A stretch of 59,996 bases of DNA, filler included. It is 4 parts of 4 records of this genome, joined end to end, with 100 filler letters (N's around TTAATTAATTAA, not from the genome) between each part and the next. Parts side by side here need not be neighbours in the genome. Positions count along the whole stretch, not along the records: positions 1 to 18,006 come from SRR22947725_3545; positions 18,107 to 34,138 come from SRR22947725_3546; 2 more parts are not named here. The stretch is one strand, 5' to 3'. The first letter of the stretch is position 1; each line of letters opens with the position of its first letter. The translations under genes and the position numbers were made by a program. Positions 9,858-20,558 of this stretch are shown here, one piece after another. The notes beneath the pieces are model-generated. The model saw nothing but the letters and a program-made list of their open reading frames with translations. It was not told where the DNA came from and did not search any database.

Positions 9858-11144
9858 TTAAGATCTTCTCTTGTTCTTAGAAGAACTATTTTTGTTTCTT
9901 TTTTTGTTCCAAGAGGGTCTGCCTTTGGAAGATCTAGTTTTATCACCCCCCTTAGCGCTCGAAGACCGTCTTCTATTGTTGCCTTTAGATTTAGGAGGTT
10001 CGGTACTTAAGTTTTGTGTTGGCTCAAAACCCTCTATCATTTCTCTTGGAATTGGAGATTTCAATAGCTTTTCTATATCAAATAGTAATTTGTGTTCATC
10101 GGCACTCACTAAAGATATAGCCTTACCCTCCTTTCCTGCCCTTGCCGTTCTGCCGATTCTATGAATATAGTCCTCTGGTACATAAGGTAAATCAAAGTTA
10201 ACAACCTGCGGTAATAAATTGATATCTATACCTCTAGCAGCAATATCAGTGGCAACTAAAACCTGAGTCTTTGAATCTTTAAAATCCTTTAGTGCTCTAG
10301 TTCTTTGCGCCTGAGATTTATTGCCATGGAATGCATCTGCATCAATTCCTTCTTTATTAAGTTGTTGAGCTAATTTGTTAGCGCCATGCTTGGTTCTGGA
10401 AAAAACGAGAACCTGAAACCAGCCCTCCTCTTTAATGCAGTGGGCAAGTAATTCCCTCTTTCTGGATTTATCTACTGGATAAACCACTTGGATAACTTTA
10501 TCGGCAGTAGAGTTATTGGATCTAACTTGAATTCTTTTTGGCGAATTCAAAAGACTATCAGCTAAAGACTTTATTTCTTTTGGGAAAGTAGCCGAAAACA
10601 AAAGATTTTGTTTTTCATCTGGCAGATAATTTAAAATCTTTTTAATGTCTCTTATAAAACCCATATCTAACATTCTGTCAGCTTCATCTAGAACAAAAGT
10701 TTCTAATTCGGAGAGATTTAATGTTTTCTGATTTAAATGATCAAGCAGTCTTCCGGGTGTGGCAACAACGATATCAACTCCTTTCCTGAGCTTATCTATT
10801 TGGGTGTTAATACTGACACCGCCATAAAGAGTAGAAGTCTTAAATCTCAGGTTACTGCCGTAATCTCTGAAACTTTCACCTACCTGAGAAGCCAGTTCTC
10901 TCGTTGGAACAAGAACCAACACACGCACTCTTCTTCTTTTAGATTCTGCATTTTGTAATCTATTGAGAAGAGGTAAAGCAAAAGCTGCCGTTTTACCCGT
11001 GCCTGTCTGTGCACCTGCCAAGATATCGTTCCCTTTAAGGATTTCTGGAATAGCCTGTTCCTGTATTTCAGATGGCTTGCTGTAGCCTTTTTCATGAATT
11101 GATTTTAAGAGGGCTGCAGATAAACCTAGATTGTTGAATGACAT
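9858..11144 (-). CDS. rhlE: DEAD-box RNA helicase (RhlE-like)
   Basis: [29 protein letters not shown]; basic C-terminal tail. Confidence 0.88.
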   Translation of the reverse strand: MSFNNLGLSAALLKSIHEKGYSKPSEIQEQAIPEILKGNDILAGAQTGTGKTAAFALPLLNRLQNAESKRRRVRVLVLVPTRELASQVGESFRDYGSNLRFKTSTLYGGVSINTQIDKLRKGVDIVVATPGRLLDHLNQKTLNLSELETFVLDEADRMLDMGFIRDIKKILNYLPDEKQNLLFSATFPKEIKSLADSLLNSPKRIQVRSNNSTADKVIQVVYPVDKSRKRELLAHCIKEEGWFQVLVFSRTKHGANKLAQQLNKEGIDADAFHGNKSQAQRTRALKDFKDSKTQVLVATDIAARGIDINLLPQVVNFDLPYVPEDYIHRIGRTARAGKEGKAISLVSADEHKLLFDIEKLLKSPIPREMIEGFEPTQNLSTEPPKSKGNNRRRSSSAKGGDKTRSSKGRPSWNKKRNKNSSSKNKRRS

Positions 11145-11302
11145 AATGCTGTATTAGTTGGCCTTTAAGATAAAAAATTAACCAACTTTTTTTACTCTAT
11201 TTCAAGTAAGACTGTGGGTTTATAAGAAATGCGCTCGCAGTATACTCTTTTAAATAAAATAAGCGCATTTATATTGAGTAGAAAGGCTTCTCTTCACAGG
11301 GA

Positions 11303-12535
11303 CTAGGATTCTAGGCCTTCGAGTCCTTTTTTTGCATTTCGTATGCGAAGCCAAAATTGAGAAAGAATCACAAGATTGATTAATCCCATTATTCCAGCAA
11401 ATGTAAATGCCCAGGAATAATCTCCATAAATATCAAAGAAATAACCTCCTAAGAATCCGCCAAGGCCCATACCAATCCAACCAAAAAAGGAGGTTAAGCT
11501 CATGGCTCTTGCGCCATATTTGGCAGAGACCATCATCCTGGTACAGACTAAAATACTAGACATGACACCCGAATAGGTAAATCCAAAGAATGCTGCCAAT
11601 AAATAAATGCCTGCGGGGGAGCTAAGATGAGGAAACCAAACTACAAAGACAGTTTGACCCAACGACATCAAAATATAGCCAGGCAAGGCGCCTATTCTAT
11701 CTCCAAGTATCCCGCCAAAAATTCTTCCAAATGCTCCGCAGATCATTAAAACCATTAAAACTGAGGTAGCAAATTCGAGAGTGAATCCAGAATCGGTTAA
11801 TAAAGGAACTAAATGCATAATGGGAACAGACATACAGACGCAACAAAAAATTACCGCAAAGCTTATCCAAGCAACTACTTCTTTTTCAGATAGCGGGAAA
11901 TCTCTAGATTCTGATTCATCTTCGGTTCGAGCAGTAATTCTCCATGGAGACTCTTTTATCAATAGCGATACAGGGAAAGCAATAATGATATAAATAATAG
12001 CCAACTTAATATAGGCATCCTCCCAACCTCCACTCTCTATAAGTACTCCGCTGATATGAGGTATAAATGCTTGCCCGATAGCACCTCCAGAAGCTGCAAT
12101 ACCTAGTGCAAGTCCTGGATTCTCTCTGAACCAAAATCCTACATTGGCATAAAGAGGCGAAAAAAGAAGGGCGCAACCAAAAGCCCCAAATAGAAAATAT
12201 AAAATATAAAACTGAATAATTGAATCTAAGCCACTCAACGAAACTAAAGTTAAACTCATGCAAATTGCACCGATAGTGCCAAACCATTTAGTCCCATATT
12301 TATCAGCTAACTGGCCCCACATAACGCCGAAAGCCGCTGAAGCAAAAGAAGCAAGAGTATAAGCAAAAGATGTTTGTCCACGTGACCAGCCAAACTCTAG
12401 TGATACGGGTTTTAAAAATACCGAGATAGATGCTAGAGATCCAAAAGCCAAGCCGCTCAGTACAAACACAACAAACACCATTACCCAGCCATAATTAATG
12501 TCTCTTGATTGCAAAAAATTTTCAATAAAGCTCAT
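11303..12535 (-). CDS. MFS transporter (OFA/MCT-like)
   Basis: 12-TM pattern, GQLADKYG and GILGDRIG loops, GWSRG. Confidence 0.88.
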   Translation of the reverse strand: MSFIENFLQSRDINYGWVMVFVVFVLSGLAFGSLASISVFLKPVSLEFGWSRGQTSFAYTLASFASAAFGVMWGQLADKYGTKWFGTIGAICMSLTLVSLSGLDSIIQFYILYFLFGAFGCALLFSPLYANVGFWFRENPGLALGIAASGGAIGQAFIPHISGVLIESGGWEDAYIKLAIIYIIIAFPVSLLIKESPWRITARTEDESESRDFPLSEKEVVAWISFAVIFCCVCMSVPIMHLVPLLTDSGFTLEFATSVLMVLMICGAFGRIFGGILGDRIGALPGYILMSLGQTVFVVWFPHLSSPAGIYLLAAFFGFTYSGVMSSILVCTRMMVSAKYGARAMSLTSFFGWIGMGLGGFLGGYFFDIYGDYSWAFTFAGIMGLINLVILSQFWLRIRNAKKGLEGLES

Positions 12536-12540
12536 GGTTT

Positions 12541-14004
12541 TTATTTAGAAGCTCCAACTTCTATAATTCTAATGTAAGTCTTTATACCTTTTATAAAGGC
12601 ATCAGTTTCAATTCTTTCGTTAGTGCCATGAAAGCCCGCAAACTCTTCATTTGAAAGAGGGAATGGATTAAATCTATACGCATCATCAGCCACTTTCCCA
12701 TAATGACGGGAATCAGAACCGGCAATCATCAGCCCAGGAGCCACAACAACATCTCCGTAAATTTCTCTAACAGAACTCTCGATAACTTTATAACCACTCG
12801 ATTCCCAACTAGATACTTCACTGGCCTGACTTCCGGAATAGTGCATCTCTCTAATCTCCACATCATCACTTTCAACCAACTCCCGAACATGATCAAAAAC
12901 ATCCTCAACAGAATTTCTAGGATGTATTCTGAAATTTACCGTTCCTACAGCTTCGATAGGTAAAACATTTGTTTTAATACTTGCAGAGAGCATTGTTGGT
13001 GCAGTAGTAGTTCTTATCATTGCATTTGTCGCAGGTATTTTAGCCAAATAAGAATCTATTAAGCCGCCAAAGAGCCAACGATTTGCAAAAGCGATTTTAT
13101 AAATAAAAGGCATATGCCTGCTCATCTCATCGAACATCTGAAGACTTAAACCCTCCAGCTCTCCACTCATTCTGTTGTCTTCCAGTTTGGCAAGAGCCTT
13201 GGATAAATGACCTACCGCTGATTGAGAAGTTGGCATTGAAGAATGACCGCCTTCTGCCTTTCCAACAACCTGAAGTGTCACACTACCCTTTTCTGCAACG
13301 TTTATTGCAGCCACTAGCTTATCTACGTTTGGAATAAAACCACCAAGTAAAAAAGAACCCTCATCCAGAGACCATTCAAGTTGAATTTCTCTATCTGCTA
13401 GATGTTTGGCAACTAAAGCTGCTCCATTTACTCCGCCAATTTCTTCATCGTGTCCGAAACTTAAGTAAACTGTCCTTTCGGGCTGAAAGCCTTCTTCCAT
13501 AAGATAAGTCACTGCCTCTAGTATCCCAATCACGCCGCTCTTATCATCTAAAGCTCCCCTCCCCCAAATATACCCTGAATCGATTTTTCCTGAAAAGGGA
13601 GGTTCTTGCCATTTATTTTCCGTACCTGGAATGACAGGCACAACATCGTAATGCCCCGTTAGTAAAATGGGCTGTAAGTTAGAATCTTTACCTTCCCATC
13701 GGAATAAAAGAGTTTGATTAAACATTTCCAAGGATGTGTTCTCTACCACCAATTTATAGCTAATTTTTATCCAATCAATAAAGTCTAAAAATTCTTTTAA
13801 ATCTTTGCTAGAGGCATTCTGATTAGAAATAGTCTTAAATTCTATCGACTTTGATAAATGATTTATTGCTCGCTGCTCATCAATAGTGAAATTGATGGGT
13901 GTGGGATTCTTATCAATTGAAGGTGTATGCAAAAAGGCATTGATTAGCATTAAAGACATCAAAGCCAAGACGCTTATAATAATAATTTTTGAAATTGCTT
14001 TCAT
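12541..14004 (-). CDS. M20 family peptidase (PM20D1/carboxypeptidase S-like), N-terminally anchored
   Basis: GHYDVVP, GRGALDDK, HDEE, GGHSS, HGTNE. Confidence 0.9.
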   Translation of the reverse strand: MKAISKIIIISVLALMSLMLINAFLHTPSIDKNPTPINFTIDEQRAINHLSKSIEFKTISNQNASSKDLKEFLDFIDWIKISYKLVVENTSLEMFNQTLLFRWEGKDSNLQPILLTGHYDVVPVIPGTENKWQEPPFSGKIDSGYIWGRGALDDKSGVIGILEAVTYLMEEGFQPERTVYLSFGHDEEIGGVNGAALVAKHLADREIQLEWSLDEGSFLLGGFIPNVDKLVAAINVAEKGSVTLQVVGKAEGGHSSMPTSQSAVGHLSKALAKLEDNRMSGELEGLSLQMFDEMSRHMPFIYKIAFANRWLFGGLIDSYLAKIPATNAMIRTTTAPTMLSASIKTNVLPIEAVGTVNFRIHPRNSVEDVFDHVRELVESDDVEIREMHYSGSQASEVSSWESSGYKVIESSVREIYGDVVVAPGLMIAGSDSRHYGKVADDAYRFNPFPLSNEEFAGFHGTNERIETDAFIKGIKTYIRIIEVGASK

Positions 14005-14028
14005 GGCGCACCTCTCTTATTAATTGAG

Positions 14029-14754
14029 TTAGTTCTTATTGAGTTCATCAGCCACCCAACTGATAGACCAATTATGCCCGAGCTTATTGCCTTTGTATGT
14101 CTCAGGAAGTCTAGTCACAGTGCTGTCGTTTATTTCAACGACTTGTGGATCATAGCTCAAATCCTTAAAGGCCCCATCTAGCTCTTGGATGGTTCTCCAT
14201 TGATGCAAGTTAGTTCCAGCTCTTAAAGCATTAGGCATTTGATAATCGCAGAATGAAGACAATCCATCCATACCTTTAAGCGGACCAGCAATAGAATGAA
14301 TTTGTAATGGCACATCTATATCCCATGCCTCAGAAAATATAGTTACTAAAAGCCCTCCGTAACTATGACCCAGTAATACAACATTATTTAAGTTGGGGTT
14401 TTGATCTAGCTTGGCCTTGATAGAGAGCAGTAAATTATTGACGCTAGGGCTCGGGCAAGAATCGTCATCCCAACGAAAAAAGGACACTAAGTTGGTTGAA
14501 TGATTAAGTTTTTGCAATGGGTATACCCATTCATAACCTCGGCTATTACTGCCATGAACGCCTATCAAAAGAGTCTCTTCAGCAGAAGTACTCCGTTCCA
14601 AGTCATACAACCCATAAGGCAAGGATATTAAGGACTTACCCGATTCAAATACATCCTGGTCAAGATTAAAATTTTCCAAAGAGGGTGGCATGTCTTCGCC
14701 ACAAGAAAATAAAAAAAATATACCGGTAACTAAAATTAATCTTTTATAAATCAT
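14029..14754 (-). CDS. Alpha/beta-hydrolase lipoprotein
   Basis: Lipobox LFSC, GHSYG nucleophile elbow, terminal GHN; start placed at ATG 14754, which overlaps the upstream stop (ATGA). Confidence 0.75.
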   Translation of the reverse strand: MIYKRLILVTGIFFLFSCGEDMPPSLENFNLDQDVFESGKSLISLPYGLYDLERSTSAEETLLIGVHGSNSRGYEWVYPLQKLNHSTNLVSFFRWDDDSCPSPSVNNLLLSIKAKLDQNPNLNNVVLLGHSYGGLLVTIFSEAWDIDVPLQIHSIAGPLKGMDGLSSFCDYQMPNALRAGTNLHQWRTIQELDGAFKDLSYDPQVVEINDSTVTRLPETYKGNKLGHNWSISWVADELNKN

Positions 14755-15878
14755 CTTATTTTCTTCCATGTCCAGTTTGAATTAATGAGATAGTTGAAGA
14801 CAGCTGCAATCGCAATTCCTATTAAGTTTGCATAAATATCATACATCCCGAAGGATAATAAAAGGATTAAAAAAATTAGATAATTAATAATTGCAGCCAG
14901 TCCGCTAACCAGATGAAACTTTATAAATTTCACTCTAATTCTACTCACAGAAAACCTTCGACCGAATGTCCAGTAATTATTAAGAATGAAATTAGATACC
15001 AATGCCGACTCAATAGATATGATAGGAGCTATCAGCTGTGATAATTCAAAATATCTTGTCAATAATGCATACAGACCAAGATTTATCACCACGCCAGATA
15101 GTCCTACTAAAGAGTATTTAATAAAGTCCTCCATGTTCCTAAAACCAAGTCTTGGAATATTCAATAGAAATTCGATCTGATCATGCAAAGAGAGCTTAGA
15201 GTCTCCATCTTTTCTTGAGTTAAATATAATGGGTATTTCTGAAATATTGGCCCCTCTCCAGGCAAGATCACATATTAAAGAGGATTGAAAAGAATAGCCT
15301 CTAGTAGATAAAAAATTTAAGTTACAGCCTTCTAATAAAGATGCTCTTATAGCTCGATAACCTGATGTGCAGTCCTGGAGGTCAGAAACTCCACCCACAT
15401 ATCTAACTAAAAAATTACCTACCTTGCTTATTATTAATCTTCTTGTAGAAAAATCTGGCGTGGAGCCTCCCTCTACAAATCTTGAACCAATAACAACATC
15501 TCTTCCCTTGTTAATTTCTTTCAAAAAAATAGGGATTAAAGAAGCATCATGTTGGCCATCTGAATCCATTTGGAAAATAACATCCGCATTTAAATGATCC
15601 AAGGCATACTTAAACCCTCTTTTGTATGCATCTCCAAGACCTCTTTTGTTGCCAGTGATTAAATCAACAGAATCATTGGCCTTAATAATATCTTTAACAA
15701 TCTCTTGTGTTTGATCTGATGAATTATCATCTACTACTAAAATAGAAAAGTTTGATGCAAGCTGATCAGAATGTTGATGGAAAATCTGATCAATAATATT
15801 TTTTATATTGCCCGCTTCGTTATAAGTTGGAAGCACGAAACAAATATTGCTTAGTGTGTCTTCAGAATTTATATCCAT
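14751..15878 (-). CDS. Polyprenol-phosphate mannose synthase-like GT2 fused to GtrA flippase domain
   Basis: PTYNE, VDDNSSD, QMDSDGQH, GSRF, DCTSGYR; C-terminal 4-TM GtrA (NFILNNYWTF). Confidence 0.9.
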   Translation of the reverse strand: MDINSEDTLSNICFVLPTYNEAGNIKNIIDQIFHQHSDQLASNFSILVVDDNSSDQTQEIVKDIIKANDSVDLITGNKRGLGDAYKRGFKYALDHLNADVIFQMDSDGQHDASLIPIFLKEINKGRDVVIGSRFVEGGSTPDFSTRRLIISKVGNFLVRYVGGVSDLQDCTSGYRAIRASLLEGCNLNFLSTRGYSFQSSLICDLAWRGANISEIPIIFNSRKDGDSKLSLHDQIEFLLNIPRLGFRNMEDFIKYSLVGLSGVVINLGLYALLTRYFELSQLIAPIISIESALVSNFILNNYWTFGRRFSVSRIRVKFIKFHLVSGLAAIINYLIFLILLLSFGMYDIYANLIGIAIAAVFNYLINSNWTWKKIR

Positions 15879-17221
15879 GAATCAAGCCACATTTTTGAAT
15901 AAAAACTTTCATCTGAGATCTCCAGTCCTAGCTGAATGGGAAGCCAATAAATGCTTGAGAGCAAAATAAGGACAAGGGTAAAACTATATAGGAGACGAGT
16001 TTCAAAGGTATTTCTTTGCATCAAACGATATATAAAATAAGCCAAGGCAAAAAAAGAGAAGATTGCTGCGGGCTGGTAATGATAGATAAAGGTTGATCTT
16101 GAAGCCAGGGCCCAAGGTAGAAAATTTGCGTAAAAGCCAAACAGAATAAAGCTTGATAAATATAGCTCATCTCGAATTTTTCTATTACCCAAAGATTCTG
16201 AAAGGTAGCCGATCCACTTTAATGAAAGAATCACAACAGCTATCAATGAAAAGAAATTAAGGGCAGGATTCGGGAAAAGATGTATGGCCTTAAAGACCTC
16301 AACATCAATAATTATAGATCCTGACTGAGCGCCTGATTCAAAAAAATAAGCTATTGGTCTTATCATCATAGGCCAGGTGTACCATGGGGAGCTATAGGGG
16401 TGTGACTTTTGATCGGTATTCTCGAAGTGATATGAAATCATTTGGGAATGTTGATCTATTAGATTGCTATTGTTGTGTAATAAATCAGGAAGCCAAAAGG
16501 CTAAATACACTGCGAAAGGAAAGAGAAAAACCAAACCTAATGCCTTAAAGTGAAATATTGTAATTACTTCTTTCATATCCCGATGGTGAGTAATGTATTT
16601 ATGTAATATAAAAAATTGTAATGTCAGTAAAAGACCCGATAACCAAAACCCAAGTCCATTCCATTTAACAGACACCGCGGCCCCTAGTAAAAAACCCGCT
16701 AGAGCAAAATAACTCAAGCTATTACCCTTAATCCCTTTAATAAAAAATAACATAGCCATCAGGCCAAAGAGGCTAAAAAATATATTTATTAATCCGAATC
16801 TAGAATCAACCAAAAGAGAGCCATCTAGCGTTAAAAACAATGCCACCAGTAAGGCAAACCCTCTTTGATTGAATATCTCTAAAGCAAGTTTATAACCGAC
16901 ATATATAAGCATTACGCCAGACAAAGCACTAACCCACCTAAAAGCCAATGGGTTGATATCCTCAATATCAGTAATCCCAAAACTAATGGCTTCTGTCCAG
17001 GGAAGTAAATGATATAAATAAATGCCCAAACTTAGCAAATAAGATCCAAGCGGAGGATGAACTGAAAAAAAATTTTTGTCTTCCAAGTAATTGAAGGCGA
17101 AAACAGGATAAAAGACCTCATCAAAAACAGGCCAAGGTATTTGACCTAAATTATAAAATCTAAGAATTGAGCCTATTAAAAGTAAAAACCCAATGGGTAA
17201 ATATAGTTTTATGGACTGCAA
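15869..17221 (-). CDS. Phospholipid-carrier-dependent glycosyltransferase, GT39 protein O-mannosyltransferase (PMT) family
   Basis: FDEVFY, HPPLG, SVKWNG, HPYSSPWYTWP, FIYHY motifs. Confidence 0.88.
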   Translation of the reverse strand: MQSIKLYLPIGFLLLIGSILRFYNLGQIPWPVFDEVFYPVFAFNYLEDKNFFSVHPPLGSYLLSLGIYLYHLLPWTEAISFGITDIEDINPLAFRWVSALSGVMLIYVGYKLALEIFNQRGFALLVALFLTLDGSLLVDSRFGLINIFFSLFGLMAMLFFIKGIKGNSLSYFALAGFLLGAAVSVKWNGLGFWLSGLLLTLQFFILHKYITHHRDMKEVITIFHFKALGLVFLFPFAVYLAFWLPDLLHNNSNLIDQHSQMISYHFENTDQKSHPYSSPWYTWPMMIRPIAYFFESGAQSGSIIIDVEVFKAIHLFPNPALNFFSLIAVVILSLKWIGYLSESLGNRKIRDELYLSSFILFGFYANFLPWALASRSTFIYHYQPAAIFSFFALAYFIYRLMQRNTFETRLLYSFTLVLILLSSIYWLPIQLGLEISDESFYSKMWLDSWI

Positions 17222-17223
17222 GG

Positions 17224-17820
17224 CTATTTTTTAAATCCGGCCGCTTTATCCATAGCCTCTACCTTACTTTCTTCTAATCCTGCTTCTAAAGCATCACTTC
17301 TAATGGTCTTATATTCATAAGGATAAATTGATTCCTTTCGAGTATGCAAAAAGTAGACGAGAAAGCCCCAAAGGTTCAAGAATACACATAGATAAAGCAC
17401 CCAAGGCCTTATCAAATCTGCAAAAAATATAAACATGATTATCTGTAATGTTGTCTCAGGTTTAGAAAAAAGCACTATAAAACCTAGTCTTCCTGGAAGA
17501 ATAATCATCCATAAAAGCATCATGATTAGTGCCAAACTTATAAATATAAGTTCTAACTCAAATCGAGTTACGGCTCCTTCCATTAGAGCATTTAGTGCTA
17601 CAAATCCTAGTAAAAAACATACTGATGCATGCATTTTATAACTAGTCACTTCTCGCATAGCGAGATAACTATTAATTTTTCCGTTTCTTAAATTCCAGGG
17701 CTTTTCTTTTGAAAATGAATCTAGAATTTCAAATATGCCGATGCCTAAATATAAGATTACCTCTATCCATAAAACAACTTTCAATAAAGTAGTTAATTCC
17801 AATAATTCATTTACTTCCAT
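17224..17820 (-). CDS. Hypothetical membrane protein
   Basis: 198-aa ORF with several TM helices, in operon with the PMT gene. Confidence 0.7.
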   Translation of the reverse strand: MEVNELLELTTLLKVVLWIEVILYLGIGIFEILDSFSKEKPWNLRNGKINSYLAMREVTSYKMHASVCFLLGFVALNALMEGAVTRFELELIFISLALIMMLLWMIILPGRLGFIVLFSKPETTLQIIMFIFFADLIRPWVLYLCVFLNLWGFLVYFLHTRKESIYPYEYKTIRSDALEAGLEESKVEAMDKAAGFKK

Positions 17821-17961
17821 GACTTCTTCTCTAATTAATCAGCCTACAGAATAACCTTATTAGACATACAAAAACACCCTCATGAGAGAGCACTTTTTTA
17901 AATGATATTTCCAGAATGAATAGCTATACTAAAAAATAAGAAAGTAATTATTGGAGAAAAA

Positions 17962-18006
17962 ATGCTAAAACAATTTATTTTTATCAGTATCCTCAGCGCT
18001 TTTATG
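17962..18006 (+). CDS. Partial ORF (signal-peptide-like MLKQFIFISILSAFM), cut by contig end
   Basis: GGAG RBS then ATG; runs into Ns. Confidence 0.5.
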
Positions 18007-18106
18007 NNNNNNNNNNNNNNNNNNNNNNNNNNNNNNNNNNNNNNNNNNNNTTAATTAATTAANNNNNNNNNNNNNNNNNNNNNNNNNNNNNNNNNNNNNN
18101 NNNNNN
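18007..18106. other. Artificial contig spacer
   Basis: 44 N + TTAATTAATTAA (stops in all frames) + 44 N. Confidence 0.98.
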
Positions 18107-18373
18107 AGAAATTTTTTCTAAAGTTATTTTTTTAACTTCTTTGCTTGGTCTATTTTCATTTTCATACAATGATAAAAGATCCCTACATTCGTCAATGCTA
18201 AAATTAAAACTTCTTGCTTTCCCAATAAATTTTAATTTCAACACATCTTCTTCTGTATAATTTCTATAACCAGTTTGACTATCTTGTTTTGGCTTAACTA
18301 AATCGATATTAGCATAATATCTTGTAGCTTTTACAGTTAAATCAGATAATTTTGAGGCTTTCCCAATATTCAT
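18107..18373 (-). CDS. cueR: Cu(I)-responsive MerR-family regulator CueR (3' truncated)
   Basis: MNIGKASKLS..RYY..GYRNY..ARSFNFSIDECRDLLSLY; divergent from the copper operon. Confidence 0.85.
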
Positions 18374-18383
18374 AATTTTTTTC

Positions 18384-18414
18384 TTTACCTTCCCCTTAGA
18401 GTAACCTTTATAAG
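18384..18414 (+). promoter_or_regulatory. MerR/CueR-type promoter with 19-bp spacer
   Basis: -35 TTTACC, 19-bp spacer, -10 TATAAG; contains the ACCTTCC half-site typical of CueR operators. Confidence 0.7.
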
Positions 18415-18433
18415 GTATAAATAGGAGATAATT

Positions 18434-18877
18434 GTGTCAATACTAAATACATTAAATATTAATTGGTTATGTATACACACCTGGTTACAAGCATCTAAGA
18501 ATACTTTATGGTGTTTATTAGGGTGTTGTATTGGTGATTTTGGAACAATAGGTTTTTTTCAATTTATGGAAATATCATGGCCAGTATCCTTAATAATGAC
18601 ACTAGCTATAGTAAACGGTATTATCACATCCATTATCCTTGAAACAATAATCTTATCAAAACAAATGTTATTTAAGTTAGCTTTTAAGACAGCAATAGGG
18701 ATGTCATTAGTATCGATGGTATCAATGGAAGCCGCTATGAATCTTACAGACTTTATATTGACGGGTGGAGCGATTTTAACTTGGTGGGTAATCCCTTTTA
18801 TGCTTTTTGCAGGATTTATTACTCCATTACCTTACAATTATTGGCGTTTAAAAGCGCTTGGAAAGGCTTGTCACTAA
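18434..18877 (+). CDS. DUF4396-family membrane protein
   Basis: TLWCLLGCCIGD, SMVSMEAAMN, PYNYW..GKACH. Confidence 0.8.
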   Translation: MSILNTLNINWLCIHTWLQASKNTLWCLLGCCIGDFGTIGFFQFMEISWPVSLIMTLAIVNGIITSIILETIILSKQMLFKLAFKTAIGMSLVSMVSMEAAMNLTDFILTGGAILTWWVIPFMLFAGFITPLPYNYWRLKALGKACH

Positions 18878-19666
18878 ATGAATTTATTTTATTACAAATT
18901 TATTCTTTCACAAACTTTTGCGCTTTTAATATCCTTATTTATTGGCTTACTGATTTCTTTAACATATTTTGGAAAAGTGTATGGAGATACAAAAATATTT
19001 AGTACACAAGAAACGTCAAAAATTAAAGAACTTATATTAGAAACTTTGTTAGAAAAACCTGAAGTTTTAATTGAAATGAGCCAGCTACTTAAGAAAAAAG
19101 AAGCACAAGCATCTCAACAAAAAGTTAAGTTAGTTATAAAAGAAAATAAAAATTTATTATTTAATAATGACAATGCGCCTGTTATTGGTAACAAAGATGG
19201 TAATGTAACTACAATTGAGTTTTTTGATTATAACTGTGTTTATTGTAAACGTGCCATAGACCCATTGAAAAAAATATTGGCAAAAGATAACAATATCCGT
19301 TTTGTTTTAAGAGAATGGCCAGTTTTGAATGAAGGGTCTATGTATTCGGCCAAGGCTGCCCTTGCTTCTCGTAAACAAGGACTATATGAGACTTTTCACT
19401 TCGCCTTAATGAATACCAAACGTGTGACAAAAAATTCAACACTGACGGTAGCAAGGAAGGTTGGATTAGATTTAGATAAATTAAAAAAAGATATGAAATC
19501 ACCAAAAATTGAACTTCATATAAATAACTCAAGGAAACTTGCGAGTGCTCTTGGTTTCTCTGGAACGCCCTCTTTTCTTATTGGTGAACAAACAGTTCCT
19601 GGTTTAATACCTTTAAAAGAGCTTGAGCGTTTAGTTAAAAAAGCAAGGTTAAATAAAAATGAGTAA
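18878..19666 (+). CDS. DsbA/Com1-like thioredoxin-fold protein (ScsC-like)
   Basis: EFFDYNCVYC and GTP motifs. Confidence 0.88.
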   Translation: MNLFYYKFILSQTFALLISLFIGLLISLTYFGKVYGDTKIFSTQETSKIKELILETLLEKPEVLIEMSQLLKKKEAQASQQKVKLVIKENKNLLFNNDNAPVIGNKDGNVTTIEFFDYNCVYCKRAIDPLKKILAKDNNIRFVLREWPVLNEGSMYSAKAALASRKQGLYETFHFALMNTKRVTKNSTLTVARKVGLDLDKLKKDMKSPKIELHINNSRKLASALGFSGTPSFLIGEQTVPGLIPLKELERLVKKARLNKNE

Positions 19667-20132
19667 AGTATATTATGCATCTTTGTTTAGTGCTGCTTTA
19701 GTTATTGGAACTTTAGTCTATTATTTAAATTCTCCTATCCAACCTGCTAATGCTTCAGTTTCGTTAAAACCTGAAGATAAATCTGTCATTTTATTAGGTA
19801 AGAATATCTATGCTCAAAACTGTGCATCATGCCATGGAGTCAACTTAGAAGGACAGAAGAACTGGATGTCAAGATTACCAAACGGAATGATGCCTGCCCC
19901 ACCGCATGATGTAACCGGTCATACTTGGCATCATTCTGATAATTACTTGTTTCTTATAACAAAGTATGGTGTTGAAGAAATTTTAGGTGAAAAATATCCA
20001 AATAATATGCCTGCATATAAAGATATCTTGACTGATGATGAAATAATTTCTGCTTTATCCTATATAAAGAGTACATGGCCGTCAAAAACAAAAAAAATCC
20101 ATGATGAAATTAATTTAAGATCTAATAAGTAA
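19659..20132 (+). CDS. Monoheme cytochrome c
   Basis: CASCHG, APPHDVTGHTWHH, MPAY. Confidence 0.9.
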   Translation: MSKVYYASLFSAALVIGTLVYYLNSPIQPANASVSLKPEDKSVILLGKNIYAQNCASCHGVNLEGQKNWMSRLPNGMMPAPPHDVTGHTWHHSDNYLFLITKYGVEEILGEKYPNNMPAYKDILTDDEIISALSYIKSTWPSKTKKIHDEINLRSNK

Positions 20133-20152
20133 TAAAGAATAAGGAATAAGGT

Positions 20153-20548
20153 ATGAATATAAAAATTATATTAATAGTGTTAATTTTCTTTCTAAAGAAC
20201 ACAGTTGCATTTGCTCATTCTCCTTTAAAAGTAGTTTCACCCAAGAATAATGAAATATTAAGTCAAGCACCTGAACAGATCACAATGATTTTTAAATCTG
20301 AAGCTAAACTTATCAAAATAACTTTAGAAAAACAAAAAAATACTAAGCAAGATTCAATGATTAGTAATTTCTTCTCTAAAGGTAATGGTGAAAATATTAA
20401 AATTAAAGAGAATGCCCTTATGCAAATATCCAAAAAGCACTCTATAGATTTGCCTAAACTTACTTCTGGGAAATATCTTTTTCATTGGCGTGCTATGAGT
20501 GAAGATGGACACGTTATAAAAGGAAATTTAAAATTTAATATAAAATGA
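20153..20548 (+). CDS. copC: Periplasmic copper-binding protein CopC
   Basis: AFAH mature N-terminal His; WRAMSEDGHV. Confidence 0.88.
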   Translation: MNIKIILIVLIFFLKNTVAFAHSPLKVVSPKNNEILSQAPEQITMIFKSEAKLIKITLEKQKNTKQDSMISNFFSKGNGENIKIKENALMQISKKHSIDLPKLTSGKYLFHWRAMSEDGHVIKGNLKFNIK

Positions 20549-20558
20549 GATATTTTTA

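Noticed and set aside
11227-11268. Inverted repeat AATGCGCT...AGCGCATT upstream of the DEAD-box gene
   Set aside because: 8-bp stem with a long AT loop and no recognisable motif; not enough to call a regulatory RNA.
18051-18062. TTAATTAATTAA palindrome (also 34183 and 53203)
   Set aside because: Synthetic linker within N runs.
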